The notes beneath the pieces are model-generated. The model was not told where the DNA came from. It saw nothing but the letters and a program-made list of their open reading frames with translations, and made no database searches. From positions 32,001 through 96,000 of IMG/VR virus record IMGVR_UViG_3300032285_000892: a stretch of DNA of 64,000 bases; one strand, written 5' to 3'. Numbering within the stretch: the stretch's first letter is position 1; each line of letters starts with the position of its first letter. The position numbers and the translations under genes were made by a program. Source of the stretch: a virus. Positions 42,501 through 52,767 of this stretch are shown here, in pieces.

Positions 42501-44572
42501 CATTCTTACCTTTCATTAGAAAGAGTATGGCTGAGCAAATCTCTTTTGACTTTAATCTATCAGCACTACTTAACTTCTCAGACAATCTTAAAGCAAGAGT
42601 GGATGATGTAGGTTATCAGAATGTTAGTGAGATTGATGGACAGGTACAACACGCTGTACCTAAATACTATACCACTGACTTTAGTAAAACTGATACAGGA
42701 GTAAATGATTACTCTGATGTAAGTGAAGACTTATTTGCTAACATGATTCTTTATGTTAAGCAAGTAGAGAAGTATGTACAGATGACAGAGATCGAAGGTC
42801 AAGTTAACTTGATGAAGACTCTGGAAGAGATGAAGGATCACTTAGATACAAGTAAGTGGGGTGGTGTTATCTTAAAGAATGGTAAGACTCAAGAGATTAG
42901 AGGCAATAGTGAGAATGCTAAATTGTTTGATGACTTTAGAAGAGCATTACTATATGAGGAGAAGTATCCATTAACAGACACTGATGTTAACTTTAACATT
43001 AAAAATAATGTTAAGAAGTTAGTTAATGGAATGACTGGTAGAGAGACATTCAAGATTGATGAGAACGAGAGTGGTATATCAATGATGAAAACCATTGATG
43101 CTGTTAATAGAGGATTTCAATTAAAAACATTAGGATTAGAAATCATTCCTGGTGTAGTTAACTGGTTTGGTACAAACGTACAGTTGTCTGCTCAATCAGG
43201 AAACTACTTTAAAGCAAGAGAGATTCTTGAGAATCAATCTAAGCTTATCGCTCAAGCATTTGAGAGTAAGGATGATGAGGAAATGTTTGTACAATTAGTC
43301 AATACATTCATGCCATTTAAAGATGACCCTGTTGGAGAACTTTACAAGAAAGCTGGTATGACTACTCTTACTCGTGGTAATCTAGGAGACATGTTAATGT
43401 TCTTCATGAGAAAACCAGAACAAGCTCTTGAGAAAACGGTATTTATGACATTGTTAGATAATACAATGGTTGTTGATGGTAACATTGTTAGTATTAGAGA
43501 ATATGTAAAAGCTAAGCGTGAAGGTCAAAGATTTAATTCTTCTAGCTCATATAAATCTTCTAAGCAAGAAATTGAGAAGGAGATAGAGGAATTAAAGAAG
43601 ACTAAGTCTATTAGTGCTACTAAAAAGCTAGTGGATGGTAAACTTGTTATTCCTGGACTAAACTTAAACAATAGAGAAGAGATATTACGATTAACAGATC
43701 TTACAAGACGTATATCTAGAAATGCAACTGGAGGTATGTCAGATGGTGACTTGAACCGTGCAGGAATGAACATCTGGACATCTAGTATGTTGATCTTTAA
43801 GAAATGGATTCCTAAGCTAGCTGATACACGTTTCTCTGAATTCAGAAAGGTGGGAGATGATTTCTCTGTACGTATTGATGATGCAGGTGAAGTGAGTGGA
43901 CAGAAATATGATGTAGGTCGTATTAGACTACTTGCAGAAATCTTAATGGATAGTATCAGTAAAAGACAAATGAATATTGTGAACATTCTAAATATGAATG
44001 AAGACGGTATTGTTTATCTTGATCAACTATACGAACGTTATCAGAAAGAGTACGAAGCTAGAACAGGAGAGAAATTAAACATGACTCCTGACCAATTCAA
44101 AGATATGATTATAAACAACGTTCGTAATCAAATGAAAGAGATTGGTATTCTTGTTAGTTTAGTTGCTGCTACAATTGCATCAGGTTATATGGCTCCAGAT
44201 GACGATGATGACAGAGCTGCTAAGAATGCTTTCCGTTTTGCTCAAAGAACAATGGATAAGTTTGTTAGTGAACTTTCATTCTTCTATAATCCATTTGAAT
44301 TAGAGAAGATGCTTAGTGGAAACATGTTCCCTGCTATTGGTTTGATTACAGATATTCAAAAGTTCATGTCTAATTTCTATAGTGAAATTACAGGATATGA
44401 TTTTTCTGATAATACAGATACTCCTGAAGATGTTAGAAAGAAAGCTAAGCCTATTAAGTATTTAGCAAAGCTATTTCCAGGATCTAAAGCTTGGTTAACA
44501 TATGGTGCTATGGTTAGTCCTGAGTTTGCTAAAGAGTATGATATTACAATACAAGCCGAAAGCAATAGGTAA
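39560..44572 (+). CDS. Large cargo protein with a degenerate zincin-like domain, a PD-(D/E)xK (RecB/Cas4-like) nuclease domain and a helical C-terminal region
   Basis: TEEMVH at 40031. RGHKDFE...SEVKVYD..AGTIDFLAID..AHILDWK...QLGEY across about 40730-41077. Hydrophobic segment near the C-terminus. Confidence 0.75.
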   Translation: MSTCKDTQKFRTSEASTKAAMRTQGAIDGFLNILDLGLFRTLNGKWSRDAKERFNVQEMLFFEEDNGRKAKPNKPAFKQIDNAKGIYYQEDGMAQSVADSQVIANVKKLLDKMGVSIQDISTYAKEAGLDVTGINGIADLTRGIIALADGKEAAAITEEMVHIATAIIEKRNPGMITEMISKIDRFKIYNETLKQYKDNPKYQLPTGKPDIRKIKKEAVDKLISELIINGGNPSESFPELAEDVERSTIQIWWNKILDWFRGQYKNANIDIFQEAKEQILEGDLGTVQEAGLEGTYYQLSDEQQKIINNLKNTGLIKTESEEKTDPVLMDTEEATSFYEVQNAEGTLTRVKNRVTDLVKNYYNSIPAFRNKTFTPEEQKFNDLKRRLGIRGHKDFELIHGRYFNEDGTKRTSPLPRPEKFDNLSEDMYILLEQYYVDLVNSLPKDTIILSEVKVYDPKADRAGTIDFLAIDPTGKAHILDWKFMQINGDDVAWFKKGAYDVQLGEYKKILRENYGITQFGMNRAIPISMEFQYQTKGDKSSPLVLKSIAIGSVDKSKSVPLYLQPVPESSESTGFAELDTLVSKLTALLNDLSNVRSKTEDEREFKIESLNTLRKAIRLLQVTQDRQPLIHAIEVMRQEGEQITDDYKMIYDKMPAKSTDVDNASLSDFANKMNDYIKNSDIFANIGDQIGHLIYTEDMDALAKTKEEKALVESRKSTLKNLEAESKKIRMSKTDIIESAKKFNDKFVGQRNNITGILKPEAVVKGLVSWFRGVSELSSASLNALYSLYSKGVSEANANALVNVNKIMDIRTKLLERGGDIRAMVRQIYQSDEKGGLVNKLIRKYSKDFYSEVDENAKKDTGKKDWLKSNVDIEAYKEAASKRLEQDIARVKAGKYPKGQEEEIIEDLILKKQRFYDIEREDFNGWKNPLLKKFPKEKWLSEEYKKISKDKELFELYNFIVEFNEQKAQPSGYLANQTASTFLPFIRKSMAEQISFDFNLSALLNFSDNLKARVDDVGYQNVSEIDGQVQHAVPKYYTTDFSKTDTGVNDYSDVSEDLFANMILYVKQVEKYVQMTEIEGQVNLMKTLEEMKDHLDTSKWGGVILKNGKTQEIRGNSENAKLFDDFRRALLYEEKYPLTDTDVNFNIKNNVKKLVNGMTGRETFKIDENESGISMMKTIDAVNRGFQLKTLGLEIIPGVVNWFGTNVQLSAQSGNYFKAREILENQSKLIAQAFESKDDEEMFVQLVNTFMPFKDDPVGELYKKAGMTTLTRGNLGDMLMFFMRKPEQALEKTVFMTLLDNTMVVDGNIVSIREYVKAKREGQRFNSSSSYKSSKQEIEKEIEELKKTKSISATKKLVDGKLVIPGLNLNNREEILRLTDLTRRISRNATGGMSDGDLNRAGMNIWTSSMLIFKKWIPKLADTRFSEFRKVGDDFSVRIDDAGEVSGQKYDVGRIRLLAEILMDSISKRQMNIVNILNMNEDGIVYLDQLYERYQKEYEARTGEKLNMTPDQFKDMIINNVRNQMKEIGILVSLVAATIASGYMAPDDDDDRAAKNAFRFAQRTMDKFVSELSFFYNPFELEKMLSGNMFPAIGLITDIQKFMSNFYSEITGYDFSDNTDTPEDVRKKAKPIKYLAKLFPGSKAWLTYGAMVSPEFAKEYDITIQAESNR

Positions 44573-44696
44573 TAGCTATATTATGTAGTATAGTTTATAG
44601 GCTACATTAACAACTAAAATTATTTAACTATTTTTACTACCATTTGGTTACTCTATGTAGCCATTTGGTATGTAAGAAATTTACAAATATCTCACT

Positions 44697-47600
44697 ATGG
44701 ACGTATCTTGTTCAACCTTTGAATGTCCCATTATATTAAACTCCCAATGCGTATTTTACGAAGGGAGAAATTTAGTATACACAGGTGTTAATACTAATGA
44801 TAACTTAGAAGTAGTTATACAGAAGATTGATGCAGCGTTTGGTGACGCTATGGTGGGATATATATTCTACAATGGTGTTGAACAATTAGCACCAGGAGAT
44901 CCTGTAGGACTTGGTGGATCATTAAGTCATGATACAACAATATCAGGAAACTATAAATTAACTCTTGAAGGTCCTATACAATCAGCAGCATTTATTACTG
45001 CAGGTGGTACAAACCATCAAGTGGTATTAGGAGATGGTACATTAGGTAACTTTGATACAGGAACTTCTGGTACTACAGGTACAAGCGGTACAAATGGTAC
45101 AAGTGGAACAGCTGGTAGTTCAGGTACTTCTGCAACAAGTGGTAGACAAGGATCATCAGGAACATCTGGTAGTTCAGGATCTACAGGTACAAGTGCTTCT
45201 TCAGGTAGAAGTGGAAGCTCTGGAACATCTGGCTCTAGTGCATCATCAGGATCTAGTGGATCTTCAGGTAGTTCAGGATCTAGTGGATCTAGTGCATCAT
45301 CTGGTACAAGTGCATCTTCTGGAACATCAGGAAGAACAGGTACTGCAGGTACTTCAGGATCATCTGGAGCAGCAGGAGATAGATTTAGAACATTCTCAAC
45401 AGATACTCTTACATTAGGAGACGGTGGTAACTTGACTGTTGAGATAGGGTTAGCATATACACCTGGTCAGTTATTATTAATTTCACATGATTATAATAAC
45501 TATCAAGAATGTCAACTTGTTAGTTATGATAGTGCCACTGGGGTGATGACATTCTTAGCACCTCAACCAGATAATGTTGTTGGTTCAGGTACATATAGTG
45601 TTTGGACTGTTAACTTAGGAGGTGCTGCAGGTGGTGATGGTTCATCAGGTACTAGTGGATCTTCAGGAAGAGATGGAACTAGTGGTATAAATGGTACTTC
45701 AGGAACTAATGGTACAACAGGTACCTCAGGTAGAAGTGGTACTAATGGAACAACAGGTACAAGTGCTACATCTGGTACTAACGGAACATCTGGAAGAAAT
45801 GGTACTTCAGGTACAACAGGAACTAGTGGTACTAACGGTACTTCAGGTACTTCAGGATCAGCTGGTACTAACGGTACTTCTGCTTCTTCAGGTACTTCTG
45901 GTACAAGTGCAAGTTCAGGAACTAATGGTACAGCAGGTACTTCAGGAGCTAATGGAACAAGTGGTACTAGTGGATCGTCAGGTTCATCTGGTTCGTCAGG
46001 GTCTAGTGGATCTTCTGGCTCTAGTGGAAGTTCAGGAATTAGTGGTAATGCTGGAACAAGTGGTTCATCAGGAACAAGTGCAAGAAATGGTACATCAGGA
46101 ATAGATGGTTCATCAGGTGTATCGGGTACATCTGGATTAACAGGAACATCAGGAGTATCAGGAACTGATGGTAGTTCTGGTACAAGTTCAACTTCAGGTA
46201 CAAGTGGATCTTCAGGAACGTCAGGTTCAAATGGAACATCAGGAACTTCTGCATCTAGTGGTACTTCAGGAGAATCAGGTACTATGGGAACTAGTGGAAC
46301 TTCTGGATCAAGTGGAAGTTCAGGCTCAAGTGCAACTGCAGGTACTACTGGAACTAGTGGTACTACTGGAACTAGTGGTACAAGTGGAGCAGGTGGTGCT
46401 ACAGGTACAGGAGGTACTTCAGGTACATCTGCCACAAGTGGTATATCAGGTATATCTGGTGGACAGGTATATTACATGAATCAATCTATCAATACATCAT
46501 CTGCTTTTGGTAGCCCTACATATAAACAATTAAGTAGCACTCCTTCAGGAGCCGCACAACAAACTGTCACTACAACAGTACCAAGTAACACAACACAAAC
46601 ATTAGCAACTTTTGCTACAGATAGTAATGTTCCAGGAATTGCATCTCTCCCTGGTGGTAACTGGGGAGTTACAGCTCACTTCTTATCAAACACTAGTAAT
46701 TCAGATTGGAACATCTATTATGAAGTATGGAAATACACAGTAGGAGGAACATCCACATTATTAGGAACCACTAATGATGTATTGATTACATTAAATACCA
46801 CTGTAGTTCAACAAGTGTATGCTGATACATTTATACCAGCTCAATCATTAAACATAACAGATAGAATTTATGTTAACGTTGTTGCAATCAATTCTAGCAA
46901 TCAGCCACATACTTTAATATTCTATACAGAGGGTACAAGTTACTATTCATACGTACAAACAACATTCAATGCCCCTTCAGGAACATCAGGATCATCTGGT
47001 AGTTCTGGAACTTCTAGCACTTCAGGAACCAATGGTACAAGTGGTGTAAGTGGATCATCAGGTATTTCAGGTACTAATGGTACATCAGCATCTAGTGGTA
47101 CAACTGGTACATCAGGTACCTCAGCAAGTTCTGGTTCATCAGGATCATCAGGATCAAGTGCAACTAGTGGTACATCGGCTACAAGCGGTATATCAGGTGT
47201 AGAGGGAACAAGTGGTACATCTGCAAGTTCTGGTACATCAGCATCTTCAGGTACTTCTGGATCTACAGGTACATCAGGTTCTTCAGGATCAAGTGCAAGT
47301 AGTGGAACTAGTGGAACTAGTGGAAGTGATGGATCAAGTGGAGCAAGTGGTACTTCTGGTTCTTCTGGAACATCATCTACTAGTGGAGCTGATGGTACAA
47401 GTGGTACTTCTGGTTCTTCTGGTGTAAGTGGTGGTACAGGATCTACAGGTACTGCAGGAACCACTGGAACTAGTGGTACAACTGGTACAAGTGGAGTGAG
47501 CGGTACTAATGGTACTAGTGGTGCAGGAGGAGCAGGTGGTACTAATGGTACATCAGCTACTTCAGGTACATCAGCTACTTCAGGTACAAATGGTACCTCA

Positions 47601-50600
47601 GGTGCTGGTGGTGCAGCAGGAACAAGTGGTACAAATGGAACAACTGGTACTTCAGGTACCAATGGAACTTCTGGAGCAGGCGGTGCAGCAGGAACATCAG
47701 GAACTAATGGCACAACTGGTACATCAGGTACTAACGGTACATCTGGTGCAGGTGGTGCAGCAGGTACCTCAGGTACAAATGGAACAAGTGGTGTTGCTGG
47801 AACTAGTGGAACAAATGGTACTTCTGGTGTAGGAGGAGCTGCTGGTACATCAGGTACCTCTGGTACAAACGGTACTAGTGCTACATCAGGTACCAATGGT
47901 ACATCGGGTGCTGGTGGTGCAGCAGGAACTAGTGGTACAAACGGTACTAGTGCTACATCAGGTACCAATGGTACATCGGGTGCTGGTGGTGCTGCTGGTA
48001 CATCTGGTACAAACGGAACTTCAGGTACAAACGGAACTTCAGGTACTGCAGGTGTAGGTTATGCTAACATTACATCAACAACATCTGCAACACCTGCATC
48101 AACTGGTACGATCACTCTAACAACAAATTCTCAGGGAGCATTTGTTACAGGAAATAGAGTAAGAGCAGTCAATACTGTATCCAATTTATTTGAGGGTATT
48201 GTAACTATTACAGGTGGTACTTCATTTGCTATTGCAGCAGATTATAACCTTGGTACAACCACTGCAACCTCTTGGACAATAAGCTTAGCAGGTGTTAGAG
48301 GAGTAGCAGGTACTGCAGGAACAAGTGGTACATCTGGTACCAATGGAACATCAGGTGCTGGTGGTGCTGCTGGAACTGCTGGAACTAGTGGAACATCTGG
48401 TACTAATGGTACATCTGGTGCTGGAGGTGCAGCAGGTACAAGTGGTACAAATGGTACTAGTGCTACGTCTGGTACAAACGGAACATCAGGTGCAGGAGGA
48501 GCTGCTGGTACCTCTGGTACAAATGGTACAAGTGCCACATCAGGAACCAATGGTACTTCTGGTGCTGGTGGTGCTGCTGGAACAAGTGGTACATCTGGTA
48601 CTAATGGAACTTCTGCTTCGTCAGGTACATCAGGTACAAACGGAACGTCTGGTATAGCAGGTACTTCAGGAACCAATGGTACTTCTGGAATTTCTGGTAC
48701 ATCAGGTGCAGGTGGTGCTACTGGTACTGGTGGTACTGGTGGTACATCAGGTACAAATGGAACTAGCGGTGCTGGTGGTGCTGCAGGTACTTCAGGAACA
48801 AACGGTACATCAGGAATAACTGGTACATCAGGTACCAATGGTACATCGGGTGCTGGAGGTGCAGCAGGAACTAGTGGTACAAATGGAACATCAGGAGCTG
48901 GTGGTACTGGTGGTACTGGCGGAACGTCTGGTACTAATGGTACATCAGGTGTAGGATATGCTAATATTACATCAACTACATCAGCTACACCAGCCTCAAC
49001 AGGTACAATAACATTAACTACAAACTCTCAAGGTGCGTTTGTTACAGGCGATAGAGTGAGAGCTATTAATACAGCAGCTAACTTATTTGAAGGGATTGTT
49101 ACAATCACAGGTGGTACATCTTTTGCTATTGCTGCTGACTATAATTTAGGTACTACTACTGCTACATCCTGGACTATTACTTTAGCAGGTGTCAGAGGAA
49201 TTGCAGGTACTTCAGGTACTGCAGGTACAAATGGTACATCAGGTGTAAGTGGTACATCTGGTGCAAGTGGTGCTGGTGGAACTGGTGGTACAAATGGTAC
49301 GTCTGGTACAACAGGAACATCAGGAACAAACGGTACGTCAGGAGCTGGCGGTGCTGCTGGTACAAGCGGTACAAATGGTACAAGCGGTATTGCTGGTACC
49401 TCTGGAACAAGTGGTACATCAGGTGGTGGTGGAGCTGCTGGTACATCAGGTACAAATGGAACATCAGGAATAACTGGTACATCTGGTACAAACGGAACAT
49501 CTGGTGCTGGAGGAGCTGCTGGTACAAGTGGAACATCAGCTACTAATGGAACTTCAGGTACATCAGGTGGTGGTGGAGCAGCAGGTACAAGTGGTACAAA
49601 CGGTACAACTGGTACTTCAGGTGCTGGTGGTACTGGTGGGACTAGTGGTACAAGTGCTACAAGTGGTACATCAGGATTTGGTGGAACTGGTGGAACTAAT
49701 GGTACAAGTGGTACAACAGGAACAAATGGTTCAAATGGTACCTCTGGAACTAATGGTACAACAGGTACATCAGGAACTTCAAGTACTAGTGGTACTAATG
49801 GTACTTCTGGTGCTGGAGGAGCAACTGGTACTGGTGGTACATCAGGTACAAACGGTACTAGTGGTGCAAGTGGTACATCAGGAATTAATGGTACCTCAGG
49901 ACTTAATGGTACATCAGGAGTTAGTGGAGCACAAGGAACAGGTGGAGCTAACGGTACATCAGGACTTAGTGGTACCTCAGGAGTCAGTGGTACATCAGGT
50001 ACAAGTTCTGCTATTAGAACTATACAAGTGTTCACTGCTACATCAGGACAAAGTGTATTTACTATTAGTGGTGGATATACTCCTGGTCAGATAGATATGT
50101 ATGTTAATGGTGTTAAACTGACAGCTGCTGAATATGATGCAACTAGTGGAACAACAGTAACTATAACAAGTGGTGTGATCCTTAATGATATTGTAGAAGC
50201 TTATATGTTCCAATCATTGATTGGATATATGGCTAACACTGCAACATCAGGTACATCAGGATCTAGTGGTAATGGTACAAACGGAACTTCTGGTACTACT
50301 TTTGGTACAGCAGGAACGTCTGGTGTTAGTGGTAATGGTACAGGAGGTACTTCAGGTACTAATGGTACATCAGGAGCAAATGGTACCTTTGGAACTAGTG
50401 GTACCAATGGTACCAACGGTACAGCTGGAACATCTGGATCTAGTGGTCTATCTGTAGCATTTGCTGCTGGTGGTGTTACAAGTACAGGTGTATCTACTCT
50501 TGTATTCTCTAATGCTAATGGTGTATCATTTGGTATAAACAGTAACACTATTACAGCGTCAGCTGCTGGTGGTGGAGCTGGTGTTCAGTCTTATTATGAG

Positions 50601-51365
50601 AATATGCCAGTACTTCCAGGTACTGCAGTTATACAATTAGCTGGAGCTGCCTCTAATTATTTTCAACCATTTAACCTTCCTTACGACGTAAGTGCTTCTT
50701 ATGTTAGAATGCCTGTGCAGATGTCATTCTCTTCATTGACAGCAGCTACTGGTAATAGTACTCTATCTTATGCATATAGTCAATCTCAGACTATGTATTT
50801 TAATATTTACACAATGGGTACAGGTGCAAGTTCCGAATCTTTAGGGTTATATACTCAAGCTACAGCAAGTATGGCATATGCTTTTAGTTTAAGTTATAAT
50901 GCAACCAATGCTCAGACAATAAGACATAGTTTAAGTTATCCTGTTATTGGAGGATCTGCAACAGCATCTGCAAGTACACAATCTGCTACAGCTCAAATGT
51001 ATATGGGAACTGGAGATTTAACTGCATTTTCTGGATTTAAACATTTTGATATTCCTTTTGCTGCATCATTGCCATTAGGAGATTATTGGATGGGTATTCA
51101 AAGAAGTACACAATCATCTGCATCTACACAAGTAAGTTCTGCTGTAAGTGCTGCTACTTTCCAATTTTTCAACATAGGTGTATCTCAACAGAATGCTGCG
51201 TATAACTTAATGGGTACAACTGCTTCTACTAACCCAATTCAGTTAGGAGTAGGAGTTTATTCAGCAAGTGCTGTAGGTGCAACAAGTGCTTCAGTAGGTT
51301 TAAGTCAAATATCAACAGCAGCATCTAACTTAAGATTCCCTTTCCAGTTAATAAGACTAGCATAA
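44697..51365 (+). CDS. Giant fibre protein (2222 aa) of G-X-Y (GTS/GTN/GSS/GAG) tracts interrupted by small globular domains
   Basis: Its N-terminus ([28 protein letters not shown]) is shared with the 2302 ORF. About 5 kb of G-X-Y. Interspersed domains at about 45375, 46460, 48051, 48948 and 50010, plus a C-terminal domain. Confidence 0.8.
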   Translation: MDVSCSTFECPIILNSQCVFYEGRNLVYTGVNTNDNLEVVIQKIDAAFGDAMVGYIFYNGVEQLAPGDPVGLGGSLSHDTTISGNYKLTLEGPIQSAAFITAGGTNHQVVLGDGTLGNFDTGTSGTTGTSGTNGTSGTAGSSGTSATSGRQGSSGTSGSSGSTGTSASSGRSGSSGTSGSSASSGSSGSSGSSGSSGSSASSGTSASSGTSGRTGTAGTSGSSGAAGDRFRTFSTDTLTLGDGGNLTVEIGLAYTPGQLLLISHDYNNYQECQLVSYDSATGVMTFLAPQPDNVVGSGTYSVWTVNLGGAAGGDGSSGTSGSSGRDGTSGINGTSGTNGTTGTSGRSGTNGTTGTSATSGTNGTSGRNGTSGTTGTSGTNGTSGTSGSAGTNGTSASSGTSGTSASSGTNGTAGTSGANGTSGTSGSSGSSGSSGSSGSSGSSGSSGISGNAGTSGSSGTSARNGTSGIDGSSGVSGTSGLTGTSGVSGTDGSSGTSSTSGTSGSSGTSGSNGTSGTSASSGTSGESGTMGTSGTSGSSGSSGSSATAGTTGTSGTTGTSGTSGAGGATGTGGTSGTSATSGISGISGGQVYYMNQSINTSSAFGSPTYKQLSSTPSGAAQQTVTTTVPSNTTQTLATFATDSNVPGIASLPGGNWGVTAHFLSNTSNSDWNIYYEVWKYTVGGTSTLLGTTNDVLITLNTTVVQQVYADTFIPAQSLNITDRIYVNVVAINSSNQPHTLIFYTEGTSYYSYVQTTFNAPSGTSGSSGSSGTSSTSGTNGTSGVSGSSGISGTNGTSASSGTTGTSGTSASSGSSGSSGSSATSGTSATSGISGVEGTSGTSASSGTSASSGTSGSTGTSGSSGSSASSGTSGTSGSDGSSGASGTSGSSGTSSTSGADGTSGTSGSSGVSGGTGSTGTAGTTGTSGTTGTSGVSGTNGTSGAGGAGGTNGTSATSGTSATSGTNGTSGAGGAAGTSGTNGTTGTSGTNGTSGAGGAAGTSGTNGTTGTSGTNGTSGAGGAAGTSGTNGTSGVAGTSGTNGTSGVGGAAGTSGTSGTNGTSATSGTNGTSGAGGAAGTSGTNGTSATSGTNGTSGAGGAAGTSGTNGTSGTNGTSGTAGVGYANITSTTSATPASTGTITLTTNSQGAFVTGNRVRAVNTVSNLFEGIVTITGGTSFAIAADYNLGTTTATSWTISLAGVRGVAGTAGTSGTSGTNGTSGAGGAAGTAGTSGTSGTNGTSGAGGAAGTSGTNGTSATSGTNGTSGAGGAAGTSGTNGTSATSGTNGTSGAGGAAGTSGTSGTNGTSASSGTSGTNGTSGIAGTSGTNGTSGISGTSGAGGATGTGGTGGTSGTNGTSGAGGAAGTSGTNGTSGITGTSGTNGTSGAGGAAGTSGTNGTSGAGGTGGTGGTSGTNGTSGVGYANITSTTSATPASTGTITLTTNSQGAFVTGDRVRAINTAANLFEGIVTITGGTSFAIAADYNLGTTTATSWTITLAGVRGIAGTSGTAGTNGTSGVSGTSGASGAGGTGGTNGTSGTTGTSGTNGTSGAGGAAGTSGTNGTSGIAGTSGTSGTSGGGGAAGTSGTNGTSGITGTSGTNGTSGAGGAAGTSGTSATNGTSGTSGGGGAAGTSGTNGTTGTSGAGGTGGTSGTSATSGTSGFGGTGGTNGTSGTTGTNGSNGTSGTNGTTGTSGTSSTSGTNGTSGAGGATGTGGTSGTNGTSGASGTSGINGTSGLNGTSGVSGAQGTGGANGTSGLSGTSGVSGTSGTSSAIRTIQVFTATSGQSVFTISGGYTPGQIDMYVNGVKLTAAEYDATSGTTVTITSGVILNDIVEAYMFQSLIGYMANTATSGTSGSSGNGTNGTSGTTFGTAGTSGVSGNGTGGTSGTNGTSGANGTFGTSGTNGTNGTAGTSGSSGLSVAFAAGGVTSTGVSTLVFSNANGVSFGINSNTITASAAGGGAGVQSYYENMPVLPGTAVIQLAGAASNYFQPFNLPYDVSASYVRMPVQMSFSSLTAATGNSTLSYAYSQSQTMYFNIYTMGTGASSESLGLYTQATASMAYAFSLSYNATNAQTIRHSLSYPVIGGSATASASTQSATAQMYMGTGDLTAFSGFKHFDIPFAASLPLGDYWMGIQRSTQSSASTQVSSAVSAATFQFFNIGVSQQNAAYNLMGTTASTNPIQLGVGVYSASAVGATSASVGLSQISTAASNLRFPFQLIRLA
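45058..50450 (+). repeat. Coding G-X-Y repeat region of the giant fibre, including a perfect 60-nt direct repeat (47861-47920 and 47933-47992)
   Basis: Direct reading of the sequence. The 60-nt copies were checked base by base. Confidence 0.9.
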
Positions 51366-51370
51366 TATTA

Positions 51371-51402
51371 TTTGAATAATTGGAAACAATTGTCTATCTT
51401 AG
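51371..51402 (+). promoter_or_regulatory. Bacteroidota-type promoter variant (TTTG-N20-TAtcTTAG)
   Basis: TTTG at 51371-51374 and TATCTTAG at 51395-51402, 15 nt before ATG 51418. Confidence 0.5.
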
Positions 51403-51417
51403 TTGCAAACTAAATAT

Positions 51418-52140
51418 ATGAGTGATATAAAGCCACAAATTGTAATGCATGGGTTCGAAGGTTTTCACAACGAACAACGTTATGAAGACCTTGCCCAAAA
51501 GAATGTTTACAGGGACTTATCTACAATCTGTATTGTACCAACCAGAGGAATGATTTCTGCTAAGGTGGTTCAATCGTGGATGGGACTAATGTCATCAATG
51601 AACCAAAAGTTCATAAGGATGTTTGCAATCGGTATGGAAGTGGGTGCTGCCTATAGTCAAACTATAGAACAGATACTTCTACATCCAGAACTTTCTAAAT
51701 GGAAATACATCTTGACTCTAGAGGAAGACAATTGTCCTCCACCAGATGGATTGATTAAGTTGTATGAACATATGGATGAGTATGATGCCATTGGTGGATT
51801 GTATTGGACTAAAGGTATAGAAGGTAAACCAATGTGTTACGGAAATCCTAAAGTGTTTCCAGTAAACTTTGTGCCATTTATGCCTGATCCTGATACGGTT
51901 ACAAGATGTAACGGATTAGGAATGGGTTTTACTCTATTCAAACTAGATATGTTTAAGAACCCTAAGATGCCTAAACCTTTCTTTGAAACAGTTCAAAGAT
52001 ATACAGAAGGTAAAGGAGTGGAAGGATACACACAGGACCTAAAGTTCTTTGAAGAGGCAGGTAAACTTGGATATAAGTTTGCATGTGACTCAAGAGTAAA
52101 GGTAGGTCACTATGATGTGAATGAAGATCAAATGTGGTAA
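51418..52140 (+). CDS. GT-A fold glycosyltransferase (GT2-like)
   Basis: ICIVPTRG, YILTLEEDN (DxD equivalent), GLGMGFTLF, TQDLKF..A.KLGY...CDSRVKVGH. The start was moved from TTG 51403 to ATG 51418. Confidence 0.75.
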   Translation: MSDIKPQIVMHGFEGFHNEQRYEDLAQKNVYRDLSTICIVPTRGMISAKVVQSWMGLMSSMNQKFIRMFAIGMEVGAAYSQTIEQILLHPELSKWKYILTLEEDNCPPPDGLIKLYEHMDEYDAIGGLYWTKGIEGKPMCYGNPKVFPVNFVPFMPDPDTVTRCNGLGMGFTLFKLDMFKNPKMPKPFFETVQRYTEGKGVEGYTQDLKFFEEAGKLGYKFACDSRVKVGHYDVNEDQMW

Positions 52141-52158
52141 ACCAACAAATATAAACCA

Positions 52159-52734
52159 ATGAATGAACAATTAGAAGAAGTTATTGCAGTTGATTTAGGC
52201 TGCGGACAAAACAAAGCAACTATAGAGTTCTTTACAAACAATATGCAAGTCACTCCCACTAAAGTGATTGGTTTGGATATAGCTAACTGTGAAGGCGTAG
52301 ATATTGTACACGACTTAACTGTATTTCCATATCCTATTGAGGATGAATCAGTTGACGCAATACATACATCTCATTTCATAGAACACTTAGATGGGTTTGA
52401 GAGAATGAAGTTCTTTGATGAGTGCTATAGGATATTGAAGAAAGGCGGAAAGATTAGAGCTATCCATCCTTATTACAAATCTGTAAGAGCTATTCAAGAT
52501 CCCACACATAAGTTTCCACCTATTGGTGAGACATCTTATTTGTATTGGGATAAGAATTGGAGAGAAGTCAACAAGCTTGACCATTATCCTATTAAGTGTG
52601 ACTTTGAATTTAATATTTTTTATACTTGGCAAGACCCAAGTATACCAAACAAGAATGAAGAAACAAGGAATTTCAGTATTGATAAATACTGGAATGTTGT
52701 GGCTGATATGATTGTCGATTTAAAGAAACGATAA
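52159..52734 (+). CDS. Class I SAM-dependent methyltransferase (type 11-like)
   Basis: VDLGCG (motif I), GLDI, HDLTVFPYPIEDESVDAIHTSHFIEHL, ECYRILKKGG. Confidence 0.9.
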   Translation: MNEQLEEVIAVDLGCGQNKATIEFFTNNMQVTPTKVIGLDIANCEGVDIVHDLTVFPYPIEDESVDAIHTSHFIEHLDGFERMKFFDECYRILKKGGKIRAIHPYYKSVRAIQDPTHKFPPIGETSYLYWDKNWREVNKLDHYPIKCDFEFNIFYTWQDPSIPNKNEETRNFSIDKYWNVVADMIVDLKKR

Positions 52735-52767
52735 TAAGATTACCAGAAACAGATATAATTTTAGAAC

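Noticed and set aside
44600-44662. 8-bp inverted repeat GGCTACAT/ATGTAGCC in the intergenic region before the giant fibre
   Set aside because: The arms are 47 nt apart with no convincing inner pairing or U-tract. It is too weak to call a terminator or operator.
45058-50450. Possible CRISPR array or non-coding tandem repeat
   Set aside because: The repeats are degenerate 9-nt coding units in one open frame, with no constant repeat and unique spacer structure and no cas operon. The Cas4-like domain is part of a large cargo protein.
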